DNA of 64,000 nt from the NCBI GenBank assembly GCA_051251915.1, contig JBPOGF010000003.1, positions 201,479-265,478 on the forward strand, read 5' to 3'. This DNA is from Akkermansiaceae bacterium (GTDB lineage: Bacteria; Verrucomicrobiota; Verrucomicrobiia; Verrucomicrobiales; Akkermansiaceae). The notes below the pieces were generated by a model. It ran no database searches and was not told where the DNA came from. It saw only the letters and a program-made list of their open reading frames with translations. Positions 49,535-57,809 of the stretch are shown in pieces; the first letter of the stretch is position 1; each line of letters begins with the position of its first letter. Made by a program: the position numbers and the translations under genes.

Positions 49535-52500
49535 TTAGCTGATGAATCTTTCTAGCTCACGGGAGAGGTCTTTGTTTAGGCGGACTTTGAGTTTGTCTGG
49601 GACGGTGAGTTGGGTGCGGTTTCCTAGGGTGTTTTGGATGGTGAGGGTGACGTCTGATTTGCCGGGGTATTTCTGGATGGTTTCTAGGATGTAGTCTAGG
49701 TCTTCTTGGTTGTGGCGGGAGGTCCAGAGGTTGAGATTTAGGCCGGAGGTTGTTTTTGCGGTTTTTCTGGTGGTGAGGGCTTTTATTTGGCTTCCGCTGA
49801 CGCGGCGTTGTTCTCCGCGGTCGTCTTCTTGGATGTTGACGTTCATGCGGACGACGCTTCCTGGTTCTAGGAGGCCTTCATCGCGGGCGGGAGTGTAGCT
49901 TTCTGACCATGAGAGGACTTCGCGGACTCCGGTGAGGTCCTCGATGAGGATGATGCCGAATGGTTTGCCGGCTTTGGTGGTGCGGCTTTCTACGCTTTTG
50001 ATCATGCCTCCGATGGTGCGGCGGATTTTTTTGTCTGAGATGTCTACTTCGTCGATGGTGTTGATTTTGGTGAGCCGGTCGTTGTTGAGGAGGGTGCGGA
50101 CGGCGTCTAGTGGGTGGCCTGAGGTGTAGTAGCCGAGGAGTGTTTTCTCATCGTCTAGGCGTTGGTCTTTTGGCCATTCTTTGGTGTAGCTGTGGCTTTC
50201 TGTTGCAGCTGGGGCGCCGAAGTCCATGGTGTCGAACATGCTGCCTTGGCCAGATGCTTTGTCTTTGTGGGTGAGTGAGGCGGAGGCGATGACTTGTTCT
50301 ATTTTGGTTGTGAGTGTGGCTCTGTTGATTTTGGTGAAGTCTAGTGCGCCTGCTTTGACGAGGTTTTCTAGGATGCGTTTGTTGACTACTTTTGTGTCTA
50401 GTCTGTTAGAGAGATCTTCCATGCTTAGGAATGGGCCGTTGGCTTCTCTTTCTTTGACGGCGGTAGCCATAGCGGCTTCTCCTACGTTTTTGACTGCGGC
50501 TAGGCCGTAGCGGATGGCCATTTTTCCTGATGGGGTTTTTTCTGGGGCGAATTTGAGCATGGAGCGGTTGAGGTCTGGGGGGAGGACTTCTATGCCCATG
50601 CGGTGGCATTCTGAGATGAAGATGGCGATTTTGTCTGTGTTGTTTAGCTCGTTTGAGAGTAGTCCGCAGATGAATTCTACTGGGAAGTTAGCCTTAAGGT
50701 AGGCGGTCCAGTATGAGATGTAGCCGTAGCATGCGGAGTGTGATTTGTTGAATCCGTAGCCGGCGAAACTGGCGATTTTGTCGAAGACTTTGTTGGCGAC
50801 GTTGGGTGGGATTTGGTTTGTTTCTGCGCATCCTTTGACGAAGGTTTTGCGTTGTTCGTCCATGACAGATGCCTTTTTCTTACCCATGGCACGGCGGAGG
50901 ATGTCTGCGCCACCGAGGGTGTATCCGGCGAGGAGTTTGGCGGCGTTTTGGACTTGTTCCTGGTAGATCATGACTCCGTAGGTATCACCACAGATGGTTT
51001 CTAGGAGTGGGTGTTCGTATTCTACTTTGGTGACGCCTTTTTTGACGTCGATCATTTGGTCGATGAACTGCATGGCACCGGGGCGGTAGAGTGCGAGGAG
51101 GTCAATGATGTCTTCGATTTTGTCGATGCCGTATTTTTTACAGGTTTCAACCATTCCGCCGGATTCCAGCTGGAAGACTCCCATGGTTTCACCTCTGTTG
51201 AGGATGGCTAGGGCTGGTTTGTCATCGAGTTCGATTTCGTAGATGTCGAAGTCTGGGGTGTGTTTGTGGATGTGGTCTACGGCGTCTTGGATGACGGTGA
51301 GGTTTTTTAGCCCGAGGAAGTCCATTTTTAGAAGGCCGATCTCTGTGATGGCGTTCATGTCTGCTTGGGTGACAACTTCCCCTTCTTTGGCGCGGGCGAG
51401 TGGGACGTGGGCGTCTAGGTTTCCGTCACCGATAACGACTCCGGCGGCGTGGACACCGGTGTTTCTGATGAGGCCTTCTAGCTTGGAGGCGAATGCCCAG
51501 AGTTCTGAGAATGTGGATGATGCTTCTACGATGTCACGGAGTTCTGGCTTGGCGTCCCATTCTGACTTGAGGGTGACGCCTGGGACTGGCTCGATGAGTT
51601 TAGCGAGGGTGTCTGCGTCTCCGTATGAGACGCCCATGACGCGGGCTACGTCACGGATGACGGATTTGGCACCGAGTGTTCCGTAGGTGATGATGTGCGC
51701 TACGCAACGTTCACCGTATTTTTCGCGGACGTATTGGATGACTTCTGGGCGGCGGGTCTGGCAGAAATCGATATCGACATCTGGTGGTGAGACACGTTCT
51801 GGGTTAAGGAATCTCTCGAAGAGGAGGCCGAAGCGCATGGGGCAGATGTCTGTGATGGCCATGGTGTAGGCGACGAGTGAGCCGGCGGCTGAGCCACGGC
51901 CTGGGCCTACGGGGATGCCTTGGTCACGGCCCCAGTTGATAAAGTCTGCGGTGATGAGGAAGTAGGATGCGAAGCCTAGGTCTGCGATAATTTTGATTTC
52001 GTAGTCGAGGCGGTCATGGAGGATTTGTGTTTGTTCTTGATCTGTGATTCCGGTTTGCTCGGCGAGTGCTCTGAGTTTTTTGGGTGGGTAGCGTGTGTCT
52101 AATCCGTCGTAGCAGACTTTACGGAAGTATTCTTCACGGGGGGTGCCGTCTGGGGAATCGAACTGTGGGTATTTCTCAGATGATGTGGGGTCTAGGACTA
52201 GTTGGACGTTGCATTTTTCTGCGATTTCGAGGGTGGCGTCACAGGCTCCTGGGATGTCCTTGAAGAGCTGACGCATTTCTTCTGCGGTTTTGAAGTAGAC
52301 TTGGTTGGAGTATGATTTGCGGTTTTCGTCTAGGAGGAGGCGGCCTTCGCCGATGCAGATGAGGCAGTCTAGTGACTCGTGGTCTTCTTGTTCGATGAAG
52401 TGGACGTCGTTGGTGGCAACTACTTTGAGGTCGAATTCTTGTGCGAAGTCGCGGAGGATGGGGATGTTTTTGGATTGTTGTTCGAGCTCATGGTCCATGA

Positions 52501-53041
52501 GTTCGATGTAGAAGTCTTCGGTCCCGTAGATGTCTTTGAGGGTCTGTACTTCTTGGCGGGCTTTGTTGAGGTCACCTTTGGCGAGCCATTCGTGGATGGG
52601 GCCTTCGCTGCCGCCGCTGAGGCAGATGATGCCTTCTGCGTATTGGCGTAGTGCGTCTCTGTCTACGCGGGGTTCTCCCATGTATTCACCGTCTAGGTGG
52701 CCTAGTGAGATGAGCTTGGTGAGGTTTTTCCAGCCGGTTTCGTCTTTTGCGAGGAGGGTGAGGCGGGTGGAGCGTTGGCGGCCGGGGAAGTCTTTCTTTT
52801 GTGAAATCTGGGTGGGTGCGAGATAGATCTCACAGCCGAAGATGGGCTTAACTCCGGCGTTAGTGGTTTGCTGGTAGAAGACGACAGCTCCGAATAGGTT
52901 GCCGTGATCTGTCATTGCTACAGCGGGCATTCCGAGTGCGGCTGTTTTGGCGGCGAGGTCTTTGATTCTAACGATAGAGTCTTTTACCGAGTATTCTGTG
53001 TGGACGTGCAGATGCACAAATGATGATTCAGCTGTAGCCAT
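49535..53041 (-). CDS. dnaE: DNA polymerase III alpha subunit
   Basis: PHP domain, GPGRGSAAGS, PDVDIDF, KMDFLGL and YGFNKSH. Confidence 0.97.
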   Translation of the reverse strand: MATAESSFVHLHVHTEYSVKDSIVRIKDLAAKTAALGMPAVAMTDHGNLFGAVVFYQQTTNAGVKPIFGCEIYLAPTQISQKKDFPGRQRSTRLTLLAKDETGWKNLTKLISLGHLDGEYMGEPRVDRDALRQYAEGIICLSGGSEGPIHEWLAKGDLNKARQEVQTLKDIYGTEDFYIELMDHELEQQSKNIPILRDFAQEFDLKVVATNDVHFIEQEDHESLDCLICIGEGRLLLDENRKSYSNQVYFKTAEEMRQLFKDIPGACDATLEIAEKCNVQLVLDPTSSEKYPQFDSPDGTPREEYFRKVCYDGLDTRYPPKKLRALAEQTGITDQEQTQILHDRLDYEIKIIADLGFASYFLITADFINWGRDQGIPVGPGRGSAAGSLVAYTMAITDICPMRFGLLFERFLNPERVSPPDVDIDFCQTRRPEVIQYVREKYGERCVAHIITYGTLGAKSVIRDVARVMGVSYGDADTLAKLIEPVPGVTLKSEWDAKPELRDIVEASSTFSELWAFASKLEGLIRNTGVHAAGVVIGDGNLDAHVPLARAKEGEVVTQADMNAITEIGLLKMDFLGLKNLTVIQDAVDHIHKHTPDFDIYEIELDDKPALAILNRGETMGVFQLESGGMVETCKKYGIDKIEDIIDLLALYRPGAMQFIDQMIDVKKGVTKVEYEHPLLETICGDTYGVMIYQEQVQNAAKLLAGYTLGGADILRRAMGKKKASVMDEQRKTFVKGCAETNQIPPNVANKVFDKIASFAGYGFNKSHSACYGYISYWTAYLKANFPVEFICGLLSNELNNTDKIAIFISECHRMGIEVLPPDLNRSMLKFAPEKTPSGKMAIRYGLAAVKNVGEAAMATAVKEREANGPFLSMEDLSNRLDTKVVNKRILENLVKAGALDFTKINRATLTTKIEQVIASASLTHKDKASGQGSMFDTMDFGAPAATESHSYTKEWPKDQRLDDEKTLLGYYTSGHPLDAVRTLLNNDRLTKINTIDEVDISDKKIRRTIGGMIKSVESRTTKAGKPFGIILIEDLTGVREVLSWSESYTPARDEGLLEPGSVVRMNVNIQEDDRGEQRRVSGSQIKALTTRKTAKTTSGLNLNLWTSRHNQEDLDYILETIQKYPGKSDVTLTIQNTLGNRTQLTVPDKLKVRLNKDLSRELERFIS

Positions 53042-53236
53042 ATTGTGAGGTCAGCTTAACCAGATATTGGCGTCTGACAATCTCGTATCTGATAAAGTCT
53101 GTGTTGTTTGAATAGAGCAATTCTATTTGTGGCGTTGAAATGAATTTTAAAAAAATAGTAAAATTAAGGAGTTATAGTTACTGAATTAGTATTATTATAA
53201 AAAATATATACCATATCGTTGACTTTATATTAAATA

Positions 53237-53245
53237 TGTGGATAA
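53237..53245 (-). promoter_or_regulatory. single perfect DnaA box in AT-rich region upstream of dnaE
   Basis: TGTGGATAA, the reverse complement of TTATCCACA. Confidence 0.4.
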
Positions 53246-53293
53246 TTTTAACGTCTTGCAGAATTTTAGTCTTCCCCCGAGCTAAATAAAAAA

Positions 53294-53968
53294 ATGAATA
53301 ATACTAAAAAATTAATGATAGGTTTGCTGCTGGCTATTGCAGTTAATGCTAGTGGTCAGAAAATAGTGAATGGAGATTTTGACGCGTATAATTTAGTTGA
53401 TCCAGCTACCTTTTACTCAGTTGAGACTGAATTAGGAGCTGTAGCAATTAACCAGACAGATATAGTTCCAGAGTGGTTCATTTCTGGCGAAGTGAGTATA
53501 GTCACAGTGGACAATGGCACTCATATCTCGCCTGGGTTACACTTAGCAGGATCTGAGACAGGAGGGGTGAGTAAATTTGGGCGAACGATTAATATTACCG
53601 AAGCTGGACTCTACAACCTGAGTTTCACGACATATGCAGATTCCTTAGAGCAGGAGTTATCGTCATCTCGGGCGCTTGTGGTACTTTCTGGCGGCGGTGA
53701 GAATTTAATAGCAGTGAGTTTTTCAGAGGAAATAGACCAAAAGGTTACAAGTAGGTCATTCATCTTTGAAGTCAGTGAGGAGTTGTTAGAAAAATCAGGA
53801 GGGCGATTTGATTTATATTTTACCTACGATGTAGATCCATCAGATGGGAGGCGAAATGGTATCATTTTTGATGACATAGCGATCACACCGTTTAAAAAAC
53901 CCGATAGTGGACCTCCGACACTTCTAGGTTTGGGAGTCTTGACGTTTGCTGTGTTGAGGAAGAGGTGA
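53294..53968 (+). CDS. surface protein with (V)PDSG-CTERM-like sorting signal
   Basis: Signal peptide, IVNGDF, and C-terminal KPDSGPPTLLGLGVLTFAVLRKR. Confidence 0.75.
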   Translation: MNNTKKLMIGLLLAIAVNASGQKIVNGDFDAYNLVDPATFYSVETELGAVAINQTDIVPEWFISGEVSIVTVDNGTHISPGLHLAGSETGGVSKFGRTINITEAGLYNLSFTTYADSLEQELSSSRALVVLSGGGENLIAVSFSEEIDQKVTSRSFIFEVSEELLEKSGGRFDLYFTYDVDPSDGRRNGIIFDDIAITPFKKPDSGPPTLLGLGVLTFAVLRKR

Positions 53969-54015
53969 TTACTTTTGTGTGTTATTTATTATCCATGGGA
54001 TTTCATTTAGCACTT

Positions 54016-54053
54016 AAAAAAAATCCAGTGCTCACCATTAGGCAAGCACTGGA
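54016..54053 (-). terminator. intrinsic terminator
   Basis: tccagtgct...agcactgga hairpin with A8 on + (U tract on -). Confidence 0.7.
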
Positions 54054-54092
54054 CCGATGAACAACAAATTAGTATATCAGCTAATTTGTGAA

Positions 54093-54746
54093 TTATTTAC
54101 GGCGTCGTAAAAGGATAGCAAGTCCACCAAGACCGAGAAGAGCGGTGGATGATGGTTCTGGGACTGTAGAGCTTGAGAAGTCATTGAATGCTGCACCAAG
54201 GGCGGCAGCTTGAGCTGCTTCATCGAGCGTATCTAATGCACCGTTGAAATAAGCGTAGTTTGCTTCAACGAACGCACCAGCAGATCCTCCGGTTCTGACT
54301 GCGTAGCCATCTTGATATTCCCAAGTTTCACCAGTACCATCGGCATTAATGTCACCATATGTATCAACTACAGAAGAGCTGCTAAATAGCTCGATGGCAT
54401 CATCGCCATTGATATTAGCGGCACCGTTTTCAAATGCTACGAAGCCAGATGAACCAAAATTATTAGAGAAAAAGGACGTACTATCCGAATTACCAGTGAT
54501 TATGATGTATTGTCCAGCTGTAGCACTTCCTGAGAGCGTGAATTCTTCACCATCAGTACCTCCTCCGTTATTTGCAGATCCTACTGCCCAAGTTGAGAGA
54601 TCTGTTACTGAATCAGCAAGTAGGATTATTGCTTTTGGGTTTCCACCCGATAAGTCACCATCGATGACGCCGACAATTGATAGAGCCGCCTGAGAAGCCA
54701 CTGAGGTTAGAGCGATTGCTCCTAATGTTATTAGTTTTATTTTCAT
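54093..54746 (-). CDS. PEP-CTERM protein with lamin-tail-like domain
   Basis: GVIDGDLSGGNPKAI...GSANNGGGTDGEEF...NGDDAIELF; C-terminal VPEPSSTALLGLGGLAILLRRRK. Confidence 0.9.
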   Translation of the reverse strand: MKIKLITLGAIALTSVASQAALSIVGVIDGDLSGGNPKAIILLADSVTDLSTWAVGSANNGGGTDGEEFTLSGSATAGQYIIITGNSDSTSFFSNNFGSSGFVAFENGAANINGDDAIELFSSSSVVDTYGDINADGTGETWEYQDGYAVRTGGSAGAFVEANYAYFNGALDTLDEAAQAAALGAAFNDFSSSTVPEPSSTALLGLGGLAILLRRRK

Positions 54747-55086
54747 AGTAGTATTTGTGTTAATTTATAATGAGATGGTGTAAACGGACAGTATCTTGTG
54801 ACGGTTACGAGTTAGCAATAGTGGAAGAATTCACTCGCGACAAAGTGTGGACGGTTACAATATCGACATGTCTGGGAAAGTTGGCCTTGGGGTGGCCTTG
54901 TTCTTTAGGGTAGGTAACAATGACGTTTCAGCTCAGAGCCATTTAATAGGTAGCTAGATCCTAGTGTTTGCACTTGGGTTAGGTTTAATTACAAAAAAAT
55001 GCACGGCAATTAGCCGCGCATTAGGGTGAAGTAGATTTTATGAATGATGACGTGAGGAGGAAGCCACAGGCATCAAATTATATGAA

Positions 55087-55683
55087 TTATTTTCTACGGC
55101 GAAGGATGTATGCTAATCCTCCAAGGCCTAGGAGTGCCGTTGATGATGGTTCTGGTACTACTGTGAAGGTCATGGCTTCGATGCCGATGCTGCCTGATGT
55201 GGCTTCTAGAGTGAACTGGGTGTTGGCATTGATGACGAGCGGAGTTGTGAAGTCATAAAAATCAGAAGATTTGTTGCTGAGATCATCGTATATGATCGTT
55301 TCTGTTCCAAAGACAAACACTTCAGTTGCTTCAAAATTTGTAAAATCGAGTTGAGTAATACTGACTGTTTTATCGAAGCTGAAGGTGACGCTTTGATTGA
55401 AAGCGCTTTCAAAGACGTCAGTGTCAGTGTCTGTTGAGCCATTGATCCCTAGGCTAGTGGCGGTAGCATTTAACTCTCCATCTGTGGTGATGCCGTGAAC
55501 AGTGATAGTAAGTCCGCTAATCTCAGGAACGAGCAGGTCTAGTTCCGGGTCTCCGAAATCGAAATCTGCGGCTTCTAGAGCAGCACCTAAGCCACCGGAT
55601 GAGTTGTCTAGTTGGACGGTAGCGGCAGAAGAGGTGGAGGAGAGTATGGCTGTGAGGGTGATAGCTGTGATTGTGTTTTTCAT
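55087..55683 (-). CDS. PEP-CTERM sorting domain protein
   Basis: Signal peptide; C-terminal VPEPSSTALLGLGGLAYILRRRK. Confidence 0.92.
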   Translation of the reverse strand: MKNTITAITLTAILSSTSSAATVQLDNSSGGLGAALEAADFDFGDPELDLLVPEISGLTITVHGITTDGELNATATSLGINGSTDTDTDVFESAFNQSVTFSFDKTVSITQLDFTNFEATEVFVFGTETIIYDDLSNKSSDFYDFTTPLVINANTQFTLEATSGSIGIEAMTFTVVPEPSSTALLGLGGLAYILRRRK

Positions 55684-55750
55684 AATATATTTAAGGTGAA
55701 TTAGCGTCTGATTAAGTCACTTGAATATGGTGGAGCAGGAGGCGTGCCGT

Positions 55751-55779
55751 TATGTATACGATTTAATATCATGTACATA
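55751..55779. promoter_or_regulatory. imperfect palindrome, candidate operator in divergent intergenic region
   Basis: tatgtatacgat-ttaat-atcatgtacata; 10/12 arm match. Confidence 0.45.
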
Positions 55780-55999
55780 GATGTTCTGGCTCAATAGTTG
55801 GAGTGAATCATAAGGGACTAGCAGCAGAGTTGATTGTGATGGTGATTTGGAGAGGGGTTCTTATGGATGTTTTGGCTCTGATCTGTGAGAGATAATAACA
55901 TTTCTTTAGATAAAACTGGCGGTTGTGGTCGCTATGATGGATGAAGAGCTAGGGGTGAGGTGGAATCTCACGATCTGGCAAAACCAATCTAATAAAATT

Positions 56000-57139
56000 A
56001 TGAAACTAAAATTAAAGACTCTCGCTATTGCTTCAGCGGCTACGGTGGCGATTACAGGCACGGCTCAGGCCTACCAGGGTGCAGCAGCACCAGAACAGGC
56101 GGCAGCGGCGGCAGCGGCGGCAGTAGAAATTCTCGGAGTAGGATCTGTGGCTCCAGCACTTGAAGGAGTGACTTGGATTCAGGGTGATGAGGTGAAGAGC
56201 ATGGATGAAAAGGGTAAGCTTTACATCGTGGAATGCTGGGCAACTTGGTGTGGACCTTGTGTGGCGATCATTCCTCACATGAACGATTTGCATAAGAAAT
56301 ATGCTGATAAGGGGCTAGTGATCGTAGGCATGAATGTTTGGGAAGAGGGAGTTGAGAAGTCAGAAGACTTTGTCAAAGCTCAGGGCGACGGGATGTCATA
56401 TCGCGTAGCATACTCAGGAGGCAAGGAGTCAAAGTTCACGACTTCATGGCTAGAGGCGTCACAGACAAATGGTATCCCGCAGGCATTTGCTGTGAGAGAT
56501 GGAAAAATCATCTACAAGGGGCATCCTGGTGGACTTAGTGAGAAGACCATTGAGAAGATGATGGAGGAGAACTTTAATGCGGAAGAGTTTGCTAAGCAGC
56601 AGGCAGAGGAGCAGGCGAAGAGCCAAGCGTTCTCTAAGAAGATCCAAGAACTATTCCAGGCGCAAGACTGGGCTGGTATCAAGGAGCTAGCAATGACTGA
56701 CGAGTTTGTAAAAGGTAAGCGTGATGCTGCTGGGCTTATTGCTCAAGCGAACGAGCAACTCGGTGACTGGGATGAGCAGAGTGCCCACCTTAAGGACATT
56801 GTGGATGGTAAATATGGTTCAGACACGAAGGCTACTCAGATCCTCGGATACGGTTTTGCTACGGTAGTAGTGGATGACAAGGTGAAGGCGCTAGCTGCAC
56901 AGCTAGAGCCTCTCTATGCAACTGAGGGAGGACCGGCAGATAAGGATTATTATGCTCGTGTGGCTCATTCTCGTGTGCTTTTCCTTGTAGGAAAAACTGA
57001 TGAAGCCGTGAAGCAGTTAGAAAGCGTGAAGACTGCGATCAGTGACATGAAAGATCAGCCAGGAGCTGCGGAGTTTATTGCTAAGCTTGATGAGAGCATA
57101 GCTGGAATTAAGGACGGTAAATTCGCTCCATTCCAGTAG
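56000..57139 (+). CDS. secreted TlpA-family thiol-disulfide oxidoreductase with helical C-terminal domain
   Basis: WATWCGPC and GIP cis-Pro loop; signal peptide. Confidence 0.9.
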   Translation: MKLKLKTLAIASAATVAITGTAQAYQGAAAPEQAAAAAAAAVEILGVGSVAPALEGVTWIQGDEVKSMDEKGKLYIVECWATWCGPCVAIIPHMNDLHKKYADKGLVIVGMNVWEEGVEKSEDFVKAQGDGMSYRVAYSGGKESKFTTSWLEASQTNGIPQAFAVRDGKIIYKGHPGGLSEKTIEKMMEENFNAEEFAKQQAEEQAKSQAFSKKIQELFQAQDWAGIKELAMTDEFVKGKRDAAGLIAQANEQLGDWDEQSAHLKDIVDGKYGSDTKATQILGYGFATVVVDDKVKALAAQLEPLYATEGGPADKDYYARVAHSRVLFLVGKTDEAVKQLESVKTAISDMKDQPGAAEFIAKLDESIAGIKDGKFAPFQ

Positions 57140-57166
57140 ACTAGATTTGAGAATCTAATCAATTTT

Positions 57167-57201
57167 AAGACGAATGCTCGCGAGGGTATTCGTCTTTTTT
57201 T
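57167..57201 (+). terminator. intrinsic terminator
   Basis: aagacgaatgctc-gcga-gggtattcgtctt followed by T tract. Confidence 0.8.
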
Positions 57202-57222
57202 GTGGAGGGTTGTGTTGAAGTG

Positions 57223-57579
57223 CTAATTCTTTGTAGCGGCGATGACTGAGATTTCTACGAGGAGTTCTGGTCTTGCCATTCTTGCTTCTACGCAGGCTCT
57301 GGCTGGGGCGTGGCCTTCTGGAATCCAGGCGTCCCAGACTTCATTCATGATGGCGAAGTCTTTCATGTCGCGGATGTAGAGGGTGGCTGAGAGGAGGTGT
57401 TCTCGGTCTGAGCCGGCTTCTATGAGGAGCTGGTCTACCTTTTCTAGCATGGAGGTGGTTTGTTCTCGGATGTGGGGTTCTGTGGTGGTGTCTTTGCAGA
57501 CTTGGCCGCAGAGGTAGATGGTATCGTTGTGGGTGACGATACGGCTCATGCGGGGTTTTGTTTGTTGGCGGTTGATCAT
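57223..57579 (-). CDS. RidA family protein (YoaB-like)
   Basis: [23 protein letters not shown] and LVEISVIA. Confidence 0.92.
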   Translation of the reverse strand: MINRQQTKPRMSRIVTHNDTIYLCGQVCKDTTTEPHIREQTTSMLEKVDQLLIEAGSDREHLLSATLYIRDMKDFAIMNEVWDAWIPEGHAPARACVEARMARPELLVEISVIAATKN

Positions 57580-57631
57580 GACTTTAGTATATAAGGTGGG
57601 ATAGGGTGTAGGGTGTTTAGAAAAATGTTAC

Positions 57632-57797
57632 TGATTGAAGTTGTTTGCCGTTGTCTCTTTGGAAGCGGGGCTTTGCCCGTGGGAGCGGGGAGCAGGTAGC
57701 CGCCAAGCGTTCTCCTACCTTGAATGATGGAATACGTTGCTCCCAAAGCCGCAGGCCGCTTCTCGCTGCCGAGCACAAGAGATGCTTCGAAAGTCAG
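57632..57797. other. long imperfect hairpin (REPIN-like element or structured RNA)
   Basis: Nested arms tctctt/aagaga, gaagcgg/ccgcttc, ggcttt/aaagcc, gggagc/gctccc and aggtag/ctacct. Confidence 0.55.
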
Positions 57798-57809
57798 CTC
57801 CACTCAAGT

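Noticed and set aside
53100..53290. Possible oriC (AT-rich DNA plus DnaA box)
   Set aside because: Only one box, no dnaA/dnaN nearby, and the skew does not switch polarity.
56085..56122. gcg/gca run
   Set aside because: Poly-Ala linker after the TlpA signal peptide; not a contingency repeat.
57576..57803. 75-aa ORF between alaS and ridA
   Set aside because: No recognisable features; it overlaps the hairpin element and is probably spurious.
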